A DNA stretch of 64,000 nucleotides from Veillonella parvula (GTDB lineage: Bacteria > Bacillota > Negativicutes > Veillonellales > Veillonellaceae). A program made the position numbers and the translations under genes. The notes beneath the pieces were generated by a model. The model was not told the origin of the DNA. It worked only from the letters and a program-made list of their open reading frames with translations, and ran no database searches. The DNA lies in contig NZ_JAGZIJ010000001.1 of NCBI RefSeq assembly GCF_018366295.1, positions 484,462-548,461 of the forward strand, written 5' to 3'. This document shows positions 31,447-41,132 of this stretch, in pieces (positions within the stretch are counted from its first letter, which is position 1; each line of letters begins with the position of its first letter).

Positions 31447-32445
31447 TTACGCTTTTGTTTTCGCTAAAATATACAAGAAGTATGGTGCCCCGATTAAGGC
31501 TACAATAATGCCTAAGAGGATTTCGTCAGGCGCAATAATGGCTCGGCCAATCCAATCGGCAGTGACCACTAAAATAGCGCCAATTAGACCTGTTAACGGC
31601 AAGAAATACGCATGGTCGGCACCAACTAAACGACGTGCAATGTGAGGGGAAATAAGCCCTACAAAACCAATACTACCACCGATAGCTACACAGAACCCAG
31701 ATAAAAGAACTGCAATAATTAAGTATACGAATCTAGAGCGATTTATATGTACGCCAAGACCAATCGCCGTTTCATCAGCTAAGCTTAATAAATTTAACTC
31801 CATATAACGAGCATAGAGAATAAGTGATAATACAATGACAACTGGTACAAGCACCCATACGTGCTCCCAGGTATTACCCGAAATGGTACCGATTGTCCAG
31901 GTATTAACTAAATAAAATTTATTAGGGTCCAAACGCGTTACGAGTAAGACTTGCAATGCATGGAACCCTGCGCTCATAGAAATACCTGTTAAGATTAAAC
32001 GATATGGCGAAATAATATCGCGGCCTCGACAAGATAAAAGATAAATTAAAAGCGCTGCCACAACAGCACCAGCTACGGCAACAGTTGGTAATGTCCAAAT
32101 CCCCCACGCCGTTGTAGAACCTGCAAAATACACTAAAAGAACTACACCTAAGCCAGCACCAGCATTTACGCCTAACAAGCTTGGGCTAGCCAATTCATTA
32201 CGAGATATAGTTTGGAAAATCGCACCAGACATAGCAAGGCCCATACCAATAAATACAGCCAAGATGGTACGAACTAAACGAAAATCAAAAACCGTGAGGT
32301 TTTCTACATCATTACCACCGCCAAAAAGAATGCGAATAAGATCAGATGTAGACATATCGCTAAATCCTGTATGAAGATGTCCATATATAGCACCTAATAA
32401 TATAAGTGTCATAACGAAAGAGTAGGCAAAAAAGCGTTTTTTCAT
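31447..32445 (-). CDS. Iron ABC transporter permease (FecCD family)
   Basis: 332 aa polytopic membrane protein of the FecCD family. Confidence 0.85.
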   Translation of the reverse strand: MKKRFFAYSFVMTLILLGAIYGHLHTGFSDMSTSDLIRILFGGGNDVENLTVFDFRLVRTILAVFIGMGLAMSGAIFQTISRNELASPSLLGVNAGAGLGVVLLVYFAGSTTAWGIWTLPTVAVAGAVVAALLIYLLSCRGRDIISPYRLILTGISMSAGFHALQVLLVTRLDPNKFYLVNTWTIGTISGNTWEHVWVLVPVVIVLSLILYARYMELNLLSLADETAIGLGVHINRSRFVYLIIAVLLSGFCVAIGGSIGFVGLISPHIARRLVGADHAYFLPLTGLIGAILVVTADWIGRAIIAPDEILLGIIVALIGAPYFLYILAKTKA

Positions 32446-32446
32446 C

Positions 32447-33469
32447 TTATTTCCCTCCCTTACGATTTGCTAAATAAATAAAGAATGGAACCCCTACGAG
32501 CGCAGTAATGGCACCTAATGGTGTTTCAAATGGAGGATTTATGATACGAGCCACAACGTCTGCAATCATAACAAGAACCGCACCAAAAAGTGCAGAGAAT
32601 GGAATTACTAGTCGATAATCGATGCCCACCAGTTTACGTGTTATATGTGGAATGACGAGACCTACAAAACCGATAGGACCGGCTAGAGCAACAGCAGAAC
32701 CGCTAAGAATAAGTACTGTCAAACCAGATAACACACGGACGCGATTTAAATTACTACCTAGACCAATCGCCACCTCTTCACCAAAGCTTAAAAGCGTAAC
32801 AGATTTTGATACGTACATAGCAATAAGAATACCAACAATAGTCCAAGGTAATACGAGTAATACTTGTTCCATGCGAATACCGCTTATACCGCCGGCAGTC
32901 CAGAAGCTTAATTCTTGTGCTACTTGGAAGTACACAACAAGCATATGTGTAACAGCTACAAATACTGCACTAATAGCCGTACCTGCAAGTGCAAGATATA
33001 CAGGGGTAGCTTTACCACCTACGCGTTTAGCAAGAGCTAAAATAAATAGTGTTGCCAACGCAGCCCCAGCAAAGGAAAATAAAATACTTCCATTTAAGGT
33101 TAAATAAGGAAATAAAATCATTCCAACAGCTAGACCAAAACTAGCACCTGCATTAATCCCCAAAATAGAAGGACTTGCCATAGAATTATTGGTAACACCT
33201 TGCATCAGTGCACCTGATACGGCAAAGCTAATACCTACAACGATACCTGCTATCATACGTGGCAGGCGCAATGTTTGAACGATCATCTGTCCTATACTAT
33301 TAGGATCATAGTTGGTAAAGGATAGAGTAATATCATCTATGCTGATATAGCGTATCCCAATGAAGAGTGAACCAAGAGATGTGGCAATTAAAATAGCTAA
33401 GGCTAATATACCTAGTAGCGTAGTTTTAGCTGCACGCCCTCCCCTTGTTTCTACGTCATAATTGCTCAT
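32447..33469 (-). CDS. Iron ABC transporter permease (FecCD family)
   Basis: 340 aa, paralogous to the adjacent permease. Confidence 0.85.
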   Translation of the reverse strand: MSNYDVETRGGRAAKTTLLGILALAILIATSLGSLFIGIRYISIDDITLSFTNYDPNSIGQMIVQTLRLPRMIAGIVVGISFAVSGALMQGVTNNSMASPSILGINAGASFGLAVGMILFPYLTLNGSILFSFAGAALATLFILALAKRVGGKATPVYLALAGTAISAVFVAVTHMLVVYFQVAQELSFWTAGGISGIRMEQVLLVLPWTIVGILIAMYVSKSVTLLSFGEEVAIGLGSNLNRVRVLSGLTVLILSGSAVALAGPIGFVGLVIPHITRKLVGIDYRLVIPFSALFGAVLVMIADVVARIINPPFETPLGAITALVGVPFFIYLANRKGGK

Positions 33470-33512
33470 AAGAACTCCTTACAATACGAAATACTATAGA
33501 ATTTACTGATAC

Positions 33513-33565
33513 ATTATATCAACAATGCTCTATCTATTTCAATAATAAATCTCAGTATCATTTAT
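33513..33565 (-). promoter_or_regulatory. Candidate promoter (TTGAAA-18-TATAAT) for the iron ABC operon, with an AT-rich palindrome (ATAAATgatactgagATTTAT) just upstream
   Basis: Seen in the sequence. The Fur-box resemblance is only partial. Confidence 0.35.
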
Positions 33566-33762
33566 AGCAATAATGCAATGTTAAAAACAAAATAAGTAAA
33601 TCTTTATAACTATACAGAATTATATCCAACAATTTTTATTCCTATAATCATATATAAACATTATTTCTATAAAAAAAGAGCAGTAACCTTAAGGCTACTA
33701 CTCTAAGTTATGAGTAAATATTCTGATTTGATGTACAATAAAATATATTTAAAGCACTAAAT

Positions 33763-34527
33763 TTACCTATTTAATTGATTCCTATTATTAAAAAATGTTT
33801 TATACGCTAATTGACAAGTAATAAAGCAAGCAATCGATATGGTAGATAAACTCATAAATGTCACAATCATTTGATATTTTACAGCTTCAAGCGGGGGCAT
33901 CCCCGCTAAAATAAGACCTGTCATCATCCCTGGTAAAGCCACAATTCCTAAGGTCTTAGCACTATCCACAGTTGGCTGCAATCCAGTCTTTATAACATCT
34001 CGCACGATGGCTTTTGACGCTTGCTTAGGTGTACTTCCTAGCGCTAGTTTAATCTCTACCTCTTGTTGACGCAATTCAAAATTTGATAGCATTTGGCGAT
34101 AACAAAGCCCAATCGCTACCATAGCACCACTAATGACCATACCACCAACAGGAATCACTTGATAAGCAGTAAAATTAAGCACGCCCGTTAAAAGCAAAAT
34201 CGTTAAAGTAATACTTGCACCTACGGTTATAGCAAACCAAGAAATCCACAGAGCATAAGGAATTCCCTTTCCCCGCTTAGAAGAATTATAGGCCGCATTG
34301 ATAGCCATAAATCCTAATAAACCAATTATAAATATAGGACTTTCGGTACTAAAAATATAAGCTAAAATAAAACCTATAACAAATAACTGTATGGTAGCCC
34401 GCAAAGCACTTATAAAAATATCTTTCTCTAACTTCAACTCCTGCTGATAGGACATAAACATACTGATAATAACTAATGTAGATGCAAGGCATAATGACGT
34501 GGCTGAAATAGCATGAAATTGACTCAT
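33763..34527 (-). CDS. fetB: Iron export ABC transporter permease FetB (UPF0014/YbbM family)
   Basis: 254 aa multi-TM protein paired with the 223-aa ABC ATPase directly upstream. Confidence 0.7.
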   Translation of the reverse strand: MSQFHAISATSLCLASTLVIISMFMSYQQELKLEKDIFISALRATIQLFVIGFILAYIFSTESPIFIIGLLGFMAINAAYNSSKRGKGIPYALWISWFAITVGASITLTILLLTGVLNFTAYQVIPVGGMVISGAMVAIGLCYRQMLSNFELRQQEVEIKLALGSTPKQASKAIVRDVIKTGLQPTVDSAKTLGIVALPGMMTGLILAGMPPLEAVKYQMIVTFMSLSTISIACFITCQLAYKTFFNNRNQLNR

Positions 34528-35195
34528 CGTAATACCTCCTCTTTAGCTAATGATCCATCTACAATTGTAATACGACGATTAGACATGCGTAGGCTTTGTT
34601 CCTCACTATGTGTAATTGCTATGATGGTCATTCCATTTTTATGGAGCTCACCGATTACCTGTTCTACAATAGCCGTATTGACAGCGTCTAATGCAGAGGT
34701 TACCTCATCTAAAAGCAATACTTTAGGTTCAAAGATAAGACTGCGAATAAGACAAATCCGTTGCATTTCTCCACCAGATAATTCATCATTACGGCGCTCA
34801 AGATATTCGATAGGCATATGAAGTAAATCGAAAAGATATTTGATACGAATCATATCAGGTTCCATACCTCGAATATCATAAGGGAACAAAATATTACGAC
34901 GCACCGTTTTTGCAAACAAGTAAGGTCTTTGAAAGCAATAACCAACCTCTTTACGATAACTTTCTGGATCTATAGTGGCTAAATCACGCCCATTATAAGT
35001 AATAATCCCTGAGGTAGGGCTAATTAAATCACTGCATAATTTTAAAAGTGTACTTTTACCACTACCAGAAGGACCTACAATAGTGAGATACTCTCCTTCA
35101 TGTACAGATAGAGATACATCACGGATAATAGACTTTTCTTTTACAACATAGGATATATTAGATAACTCTAATAGTGCCATAATGCCTCCGATCAT
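34524..35195 (-). CDS. fetA: ABC transporter ATP-binding protein FetA-like
   Basis: 223 aa with Walker A GPSGSGKST, LSGGEMQR and Walker B LLLDE. Confidence 0.75.
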   Translation of the reverse strand: MIGGIMALLELSNISYVVKEKSIIRDVSLSVHEGEYLTIVGPSGSGKSTLLKLCSDLISPTSGIITYNGRDLATIDPESYRKEVGYCFQRPYLFAKTVRRNILFPYDIRGMEPDMIRIKYLFDLLHMPIEYLERRNDELSGGEMQRICLIRSLIFEPKVLLLDEVTSALDAVNTAIVEQVIGELHKNGMTIIAITHSEEQSLRMSNRRITIVDGSLAKEEVLR

Positions 35196-35287
35196 ATTTC
35201 AAGACTCTATGATATATTTAATAATCACTTTAAACTATATTATATTATACCAATACAACTTACACCATAATAAACAAAAATAAGCAA

Positions 35288-35316
35288 CAAAAAACCCCTA
35301 GTGGAAACCACTAGGG
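35288..35316 (-). terminator. Intrinsic terminator downstream of rpmA
   Basis: CCCTAGTGGtttCCACTAGGG followed by T6 on the minus strand. Confidence 0.8.
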
Positions 35317-35334
35317 ATTAATAGTCTTATAAAA

Positions 35335-35628
35335 TTAAGCTTCTACAGGGTATACGCTAACTTTACGGTTATAACGACCAGCACGTTCAAATGCTACTTT
35401 ACCAGGCACAAGTGCAAATAAAGTGTCATCTTTACCGATACCTACGTTAGTACCAGGGTGGAAGTGAGTACCACGTTGACGAACGATGATGTTACCGCTC
35501 TTTACGATGGAACCATCATGGCATTTAACACCAAGACGTTTAGATTCACTGTCACGACCGTTACGAGTACTGGACACACCTTTTTTATGTGCGAACAATT
35601 GCAAATCAAAAGTAAACATTAAGTTCAC
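35335..35628 (-). CDS. rpmA: 50S ribosomal protein L27 (with the Firmicutes N-terminal propeptide)
   Basis: 97 aa. [17 protein letters not shown] carries the cleavable N-terminal extension ahead of the conserved AHKKG. Confidence 0.95.
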   Translation of the reverse strand: MNLMFTFDLQLFAHKKGVSSTRNGRDSESKRLGVKCHDGSIVKSGNIIVRQRGTHFHPGTNVGIGKDDTLFALVPGKVAFERAGRYNRKVSVYPVEA

Positions 35629-35631
35629 CTC

Positions 35632-35946
35632 CTATATTTCGTGAATTTGGACAAACTCTGGATATTGACGGCTAATTTCCTCCAAACCGAGAAGCATAGT
35701 CCCCAGAATATCCTGTCCACTCTGATTAATCGTACCAGAGAGAACTATATCACATTGACCTTCGCTATTCGTATACTCCCCTTCTTGTCGAGCAATTTGG
35801 GTGAGTCCTAACATTGCCGTTGCCGACAAGGCGGACACTGCGGCACATACGATATCGAAGCCATGTTCATCATATCCTGCATGACCGGACATATGACAAC
35901 CAACTACTTGGCCATCACTATTCCGCTGGATTCCAATGGAAACCAT
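35632..35946 (-). CDS. prp: Ribosomal-processing cysteine protease Prp (YsxB), which removes the L27 propeptide
   Basis: 104 aa located between rplU and rpmA, with a conserved GHAG..H..CAAVS motif. Confidence 0.9.
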   Translation of the reverse strand: MVSIGIQRNSDGQVVGCHMSGHAGYDEHGFDIVCAAVSALSATAMLGLTQIARQEGEYTNSEGQCDIVLSGTINQSGQDILGTMLLGLEEISRQYPEFVQIHEI

Positions 35947-35948
35947 AA

Positions 35949-36260
35949 TTAAGCTTGGATAGATTCAATACGAACTTTTGTGAACGGTTGACGATGGCCT
36001 TGACGACGACGGTAGTTGGATTTAGCTTTGTATTTGAATACTAAGATTTTTTTACCTTTACCATGCTCAAGAACTGTACCTGTAACTTTTGCACCGTTTA
36101 CAAGAGGAGCGCCAACTTTAACGTCGCCGTCATTCACTACAGTCAAAACTTCTTCGAATGTAACGGACTCGTCAGCAGCTGCTTCCAATTTTTCGATAGT
36201 AATTACATCGCCTTCAGCAACGCGATATTGTTTACCACCAGTTTTAATAATTGCGTACAT
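35949..36260 (-). CDS. rplU: 50S ribosomal protein L21
   Basis: 103 aa beginning [18 protein letters not shown]. Confidence 0.97.
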   Translation of the reverse strand: MYAIIKTGGKQYRVAEGDVITIEKLEAAADESVTFEEVLTVVNDGDVKVGAPLVNGAKVTGTVLEHGKGKKILVFKYKAKSNYRRRQGHRQPFTKVRIESIQA

Positions 36261-36409
36261 GAGAACACCTCCTTGTTATCGAACTCGCTGAATTCGGTAT
36301 CCCGACCCGAACTTCGGTCGGGCGTTTAAACCTGCTTCACGCGGATTGCAAAGTTCAGTAAACCGAACTAATACTGATATAGTATATCCTATTTACACAG
36401 TCATGTCAA
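36261..36409 (-). promoter_or_regulatory. rplU operon promoter (TTGACA-17-TATACT) and a structured roughly 110-nt leader, candidate L21 ribosomal-protein leader
   Basis: Seen in the sequence: a promoter hexamer pair, then a leader with the strong hairpin CCCGACCGAAGTTCGGGTCGGG and a second hairpin before the GGAGG SD. Confidence 0.5.
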
Positions 36410-36461
36410 ACAAAAATCAACAGAATCCGCTCAGTTTCTAACACTTTCACATATATATACC

Positions 36462-37037
36462 TTAAAATTCTCCAATAATCCCAAGATGTTGTAAAAGTAT
36501 CTTTGTACCGATGAGGATCAATACACCGCCACCTACTATATCTGCATATTTTCCAACAAATCGGCCCATAAATTTACCTAAGTAAACACCCACTAAAGAT
36601 ATACCAAAGGTAATAACACCAATCATCGTAGATGCTTTCCATACATTAATAGGTAAGAATGCAAAGGTCAGTCCTACAGCCATTGCATCAAAGCTAGTCG
36701 CTACGGAGAGCATCATCATTTCCCAGACACCCAAGAATTGCTTATCATCGTCCTCTTCATCATCATCGCTAAGTCCCTCTCTGATCATAGCGATACCTAA
36801 ATAACCAAGAAGGCCAAAGATAATCCAGTGGTCCCAATCAGCAATCACATCGATAAATTGACGACCGATGAGCCAACCAATAAGAGGCATAAGAAACTGG
36901 AACAAACCAAAAAGAAATGCCAAGGTTACCTTGCGACCATTCTCACCTACAGGCATTGTCAGCCCCTTACCGATAGATACACCAAAGGCATCCATCGCTA
37001 GGCCTATACTAATTAATATAATTTCAAATACAGACAC
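36462..37037 (-). CDS. mntP: Manganese efflux pump MntP
   Basis: 191 aa beginning LISIGLAMDAFGVSIGKGL, with the duplicated MntP/DUF204 TM architecture. Confidence 0.85.
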   Translation of the reverse strand: MSVFEIILISIGLAMDAFGVSIGKGLTMPVGENGRKVTLAFLFGLFQFLMPLIGWLIGRQFIDVIADWDHWIIFGLLGYLGIAMIREGLSDDDEEDDDKQFLGVWEMMMLSVATSFDAMAVGLTFAFLPINVWKASTMIGVITFGISLVGVYLGKFMGRFVGKYADIVGGGVLILIGTKILLQHLGIIGEF

Positions 37038-37064
37038 GGTACTCCTCTATAAACAAACTACATA

Positions 37065-38492
37065 TTATTCAGTGACAGCCATCAGGGAATACCCTTCACG
37101 GCTAATTTGTGGATTTACCACAATAGAAATCTTGCGCCCTATAGACTCACCCAAATCCACGAGAACAGCCTTTGTTAAATACTGAGCTACCTCCGGATGA
37201 ACTTCGAGTTCTAAATCTGTTTTAATACGTCCCGATTTAAATAACTCGCGGATACGACGCACAATCTGCATATATACAGTACGCCCTGACAACATATAGC
37301 CCGTACCACCACATTGAGGGCATGTATCAAACATCAAGGTTTGCAAGCCTTGGCGAGCTCGCTTTCGGGTCATCTCTACGAGGCCAAGCGAACTAATGCC
37401 GCATACAACAGTTTTCATTTTATCTAACTTAGCTTGTACCCCCAACAATTTTAACAATTCTTGTTGATGCTCTTTATCTTTCATATCGATGAAATCAACC
37501 ACAATGATACCGCCAATATCGCGCAAGCGCAATTGACGACAGATTTCTTTTGCCGCTTCTTTATTGACTGTGAAAGCTAAATCTTCCAGCTTATTAGATT
37601 TACCAGTGTAATGAGCAGAGTTTACATCAAATACTGTGAGGGCCTCCGTATGGTCAATACGGATTGAACCACCAGAAGGAAGATTAATATCGCGAGAGAT
37701 AAGATCTTCCAATTGAGGTTCAATGTGATTTGCTTTAAAAATCGGTGTGCTATCACGATGACGTGTTACTTTAATTTGTTGTGACGTAGGTCCATGCCCT
37801 AAGAGGTCCAGCAATCGGGATTCTCCCATATCGGAATCGACGATGATTTCCTCTACATTGCGATGCGCATAGTCCCGTACAAGGCGGAACCAGAAATCCG
37901 CGTCACTATATAAATCAGTACCGCTCTTAGCCACCTTAAAGCGCTTCAACACATGTTGCCAGGTCCGCCACAGATACTCCATATCGCGACCGATTTCATC
38001 GGCACTGGCCTTAGCTGCTGCAGTGCGAATGATAAAACCGCAACCTTCTTGTACATAAGGGGCTGCCAATTCTTGTAGTTTACTGCGCATGGTTTCGTCT
38101 GTAATTTTCTTGGAAATATGCATGCCTTCAGAATATGGTAATAGTACCATAAAACGACCGGCCAAACTGACGTCTGCAGTCACGCGGGCACCTTTACCAA
38201 GCATTTCTTCTTTCACTACTTGAACGAGGATTTGTTGCCCCACAGATAAGCGTGGCAAGATTTTCTGTTCCTTCCCTTGTTGCAGGTTCAAGTACGCATT
38301 TTGAGAGCCCCCAATATCAACAAAGGCCGCTTGCATACCATTTAATACGTTCTTTACTGTGCCTTTGTACATATGATTTGCCATATGAGACTCATCGGTA
38401 CGCTCCAAGACAAAGTCCACTAGCTGTCCTTCTTCGTCTATAACAGCCATACGAATTTCTTCGCGCATAACATTGACCAAAATTTTATGCAT
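37065..38492 (-). CDS. rng: Ribonuclease G/E family endoribonuclease (Rng/CafA-like)
   Basis: 475 aa with an S1 domain, an RNase E/G catalytic core and a Zn-link CPxCxGxG motif. Confidence 0.85.
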   Translation of the reverse strand: MHKILVNVMREEIRMAVIDEEGQLVDFVLERTDESHMANHMYKGTVKNVLNGMQAAFVDIGGSQNAYLNLQQGKEQKILPRLSVGQQILVQVVKEEMLGKGARVTADVSLAGRFMVLLPYSEGMHISKKITDETMRSKLQELAAPYVQEGCGFIIRTAAAKASADEIGRDMEYLWRTWQHVLKRFKVAKSGTDLYSDADFWFRLVRDYAHRNVEEIIVDSDMGESRLLDLLGHGPTSQQIKVTRHRDSTPIFKANHIEPQLEDLISRDINLPSGGSIRIDHTEALTVFDVNSAHYTGKSNKLEDLAFTVNKEAAKEICRQLRLRDIGGIIVVDFIDMKDKEHQQELLKLLGVQAKLDKMKTVVCGISSLGLVEMTRKRARQGLQTLMFDTCPQCGGTGYMLSGRTVYMQIVRRIRELFKSGRIKTDLELEVHPEVAQYLTKAVLVDLGESIGRKISIVVNPQISREGYSLMAVTE

Positions 38493-38526
38493 CCTATCCC
38501 TCCCTTCTTTGTCATCTAAATTATAA

Positions 38527-39222
38527 TTAGTAATTAATCTCTAAAGGCGTATAACGGCCTTCTTCGTTTTCTACTATAATTGCTTTACGATGAATTTCGT
38601 AATCTGAAGTAATAGGCCAATTATACTGATTTTTACCAAGATTCCACACTTCGCTAGGTTTAATAGTCCCTTGCGGATAAATGCCGATGCCCATTGTAAG
38701 TATCACCATACCGTCTTTAACAGATGCTACGATTGGTTCTTTTACAAACTCTTTTACATCAATGGTACGAGTTTTCTTAGGTGTTACCTTTTCATAAGAA
38801 ATTTCCGTTGCTTCATTAAAAGGTTTGAGTAACGCATCCCAATCAGCATTTTCATCTGTCACAGGGCCTGTTACCTCATAGATAGCAAAGTTACAGATGG
38901 CCATCATCTTTTTCACCTTTTCAGGCATTTCTTTACCATCTAGAACCTCAAGACCAGGAGGCGCTACACGGTTTAAACGGTCTATAATGGACTCTAAACT
39001 ATCCTCTTCAAGCACATCCATATCAATATATTCAGCCGCTGCGGTTACGCCTAAGGCGAGTGCAGAGGAGAAGCTAATTTTCATGTGAGGGTTAAACCCT
39101 TCAGAGTACGCCATTTTAATTTCTGCTCGACGTATCATCCGCTCTACAGCTTGAGCATAATCAAGGTGTGACAGGAATCGTAATTCTTCGCCTTTATTTA
39201 AGGCCAAACGTAACTTTTTCAA
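38527..39222 (-). CDS. TIGR03936/DUF2344 family protein, the partner of the TIGR03960 radical SAM enzyme. Probable TTG start at 39222 with an AGGAGG 9 nt upstream
   Basis: The family N-terminus KLRLALNKGEELRFLSHLDY. It overlaps the 3' end of the upstream radical SAM gene by 29 nt. Confidence 0.7.
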   Translation of the reverse strand: MKKLRLALNKGEELRFLSHLDYAQAVERMIRRAEIKMAYSEGFNPHMKISFSSALALGVTAAAEYIDMDVLEEDSLESIIDRLNRVAPPGLEVLDGKEMPEKVKKMMAICNFAIYEVTGPVTDENADWDALLKPFNEATEISYEKVTPKKTRTIDVKEFVKEPIVASVKDGMVILTMGIGIYPQGTIKPSEVWNLGKNQYNWPITSDYEIHRKAIIVENEEGRYTPLEINY

Positions 39223-41077
39223 CTCTACCACCCTCCTTATAGTCAATAATAGCTGTATTGAGCTCTGGACATACATTACAGCCCTTACATGGAGCTCGAC
39301 GACAATCGCCTGTAAGATTAGCTGCTACCGCTTGCTCCCACTCGCGTTTTAAGAAAGCTTTACTTACGGTGCAATCTAAATGATCCCAAGGCAATGGCTC
39401 ATCGAAATCTCGTGTACGACGTGCAAAATACGCAGGATCCAATCCGCAGTCAGCGAATGCTTTCAACCAAGTTTCATAGTTAAAGAACTCGGTCCAACCA
39501 TCGAATTTACAACCTGCCTTCCAAGCCTCTACGAGAACTTTGGACAATCTGCGGTCCCCACGAGCAAAAGCGGCTTCCATGTAGCCAGTATAGCCATCAT
39601 GGTAGTGGTAGGAAATGTTACGATTATTGATGAGGGACTTCAAGTAACGTTGTTTGCGATGAATTTCCTCTACATCTTGTTGACCATACCATTGGTATGG
39701 AGAATGTGTTTTTGGCACGAAGAAGGATACGCTGACCGTTACAGAACCATTTCGCTTCCCTGTAATTTCACGGTGTAAATCGAGCACCTTGTACGCAAGA
39801 TCCGCAATACCAGCCAAATCTTCGTCTGTTTCTGTAGGAAGGCCCATCATAAAATATAATTTAACTGTATTCCAACCAGATTTGAAAGCATTAGAACAGG
39901 CCGCCAATAAGTCTTCTTCACTAACGCCTTTATTGATAACGTCACGCATTCGTTGCGTACCTGCTTCAGGAGCAAAGGTAAGACCACTCTTGCGCACTTG
40001 CTGTACCTTTTTCGCAATATCGATAGAGAAACTGTCGATACGCAAGGACGGTAAGCTAACGCTAACTTGTTTATCTTTAAACTCTTCCATGAGCATATCT
40101 ACAAGCTCAGGTAATTTGGAGTAGTCTGCAGAGCTTAAACTCATCAAGGATATTTCATTATACCCCGTATTGGCAATCGTATCTTTAGCAATTTGCAACA
40201 AACGTTCTGGTGTCTTTTCACGAACTGGACGATAGAGCATACCTGCCTGACAGAAACGACAGCCACGCGTACAGCCACGGAATAGCTCCAATACAGCGCG
40301 GTCATGCACTATATCAAGGAACGGTACAACAGGCTTTGTTGGATAGAATACATTCTCTACATCCTCTATAATACGTTTCTCAACGGTTGCAGGTACGTCT
40401 TCGAAACGCGGCGTAATCGATTTAAAATCGCCTTGTTCAGTGTATTCTACATCGTATAAAGCCGGGCAATATGTGCCAGGAATTTGGGCTACTTTACGCA
40501 AAAAGCCTTCTTTGCCACCTGGGAAGCCTTTGGCTTTTTCTGCTTTAAATAAGTCGATGAATTCATCGCCCCACTCTTCGGATTCACCGAGGGATACGAT
40601 ATCAAAGAAATCAGCAATAGGCTCTACATTATACGCACAAGGGCCACCGCATACAAGCAGTGGAAAATCTAAATCACGCTCCTTAGCATACATAGGAATG
40701 CCTGCTAAATCGAGCATATTTAAAATGTTAGTAAAACTCATTTCATATTGAAGCGTAAATGCTAACACATCAAAGTCTTTAATAGGCGTACGTGTTTCTA
40801 AGGAAAATAATGGAATATTACGCTTGCGCATTTCCTCTTCCATATCGTGCCACGGTGCAAATACGCGCTCGGCTACCGCATCTTCACGACGGTTTACGAG
40901 ACCATACAAAATCTTGATGCCCAAATGACTCATGGCCACTTCGTACACATCGGGAAAACCTAAAGCCATAGTTACATCAACAGTACTGTGATCTTTCACG
41001 ATACTATTGTATTCGCCGCCCATGTAGCGAGCGGGCTTTTGGACATGTTGTAACCATGACGTATCTAATTGAATCAT
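39194..41077 (-). CDS. B12-binding-domain radical SAM protein (TIGR03960 family)
   Basis: 627 aa with an N-terminal B12-binding-like domain and a radical SAM core (CTRGCRFCQAGM). Partnered with the DUF2344 gene. Confidence 0.8.
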   Translation of the reverse strand: MIQLDTSWLQHVQKPARYMGGEYNSIVKDHSTVDVTMALGFPDVYEVAMSHLGIKILYGLVNRREDAVAERVFAPWHDMEEEMRKRNIPLFSLETRTPIKDFDVLAFTLQYEMSFTNILNMLDLAGIPMYAKERDLDFPLLVCGGPCAYNVEPIADFFDIVSLGESEEWGDEFIDLFKAEKAKGFPGGKEGFLRKVAQIPGTYCPALYDVEYTEQGDFKSITPRFEDVPATVEKRIIEDVENVFYPTKPVVPFLDIVHDRAVLELFRGCTRGCRFCQAGMLYRPVREKTPERLLQIAKDTIANTGYNEISLMSLSSADYSKLPELVDMLMEEFKDKQVSVSLPSLRIDSFSIDIAKKVQQVRKSGLTFAPEAGTQRMRDVINKGVSEEDLLAACSNAFKSGWNTVKLYFMMGLPTETDEDLAGIADLAYKVLDLHREITGKRNGSVTVSVSFFVPKTHSPYQWYGQQDVEEIHRKQRYLKSLINNRNISYHYHDGYTGYMEAAFARGDRRLSKVLVEAWKAGCKFDGWTEFFNYETWLKAFADCGLDPAYFARRTRDFDEPLPWDHLDCTVSKAFLKREWEQAVAANLTGDCRRAPCKGCNVCPELNTAIIDYKEGGRVEKVTFGLK

Positions 41078-41132
41078 ACATCCTCCGTCTTTAATGAAAG
41101 ACTTCTTTCACAATCAATCCTATGAAAGGATA

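Noticed and set aside
32622-33107. 161-aa plus-strand ORF
   Set aside because: It is entirely antisense to a FecCD permease gene with a strong membrane-protein signature.
33545-33575. Fur box upstream of the iron ABC importer
   Set aside because: Only a partial match (ATAAAT...ATTTAT and AATAATG). It is kept as a low-confidence regulatory note and not called a Fur box.
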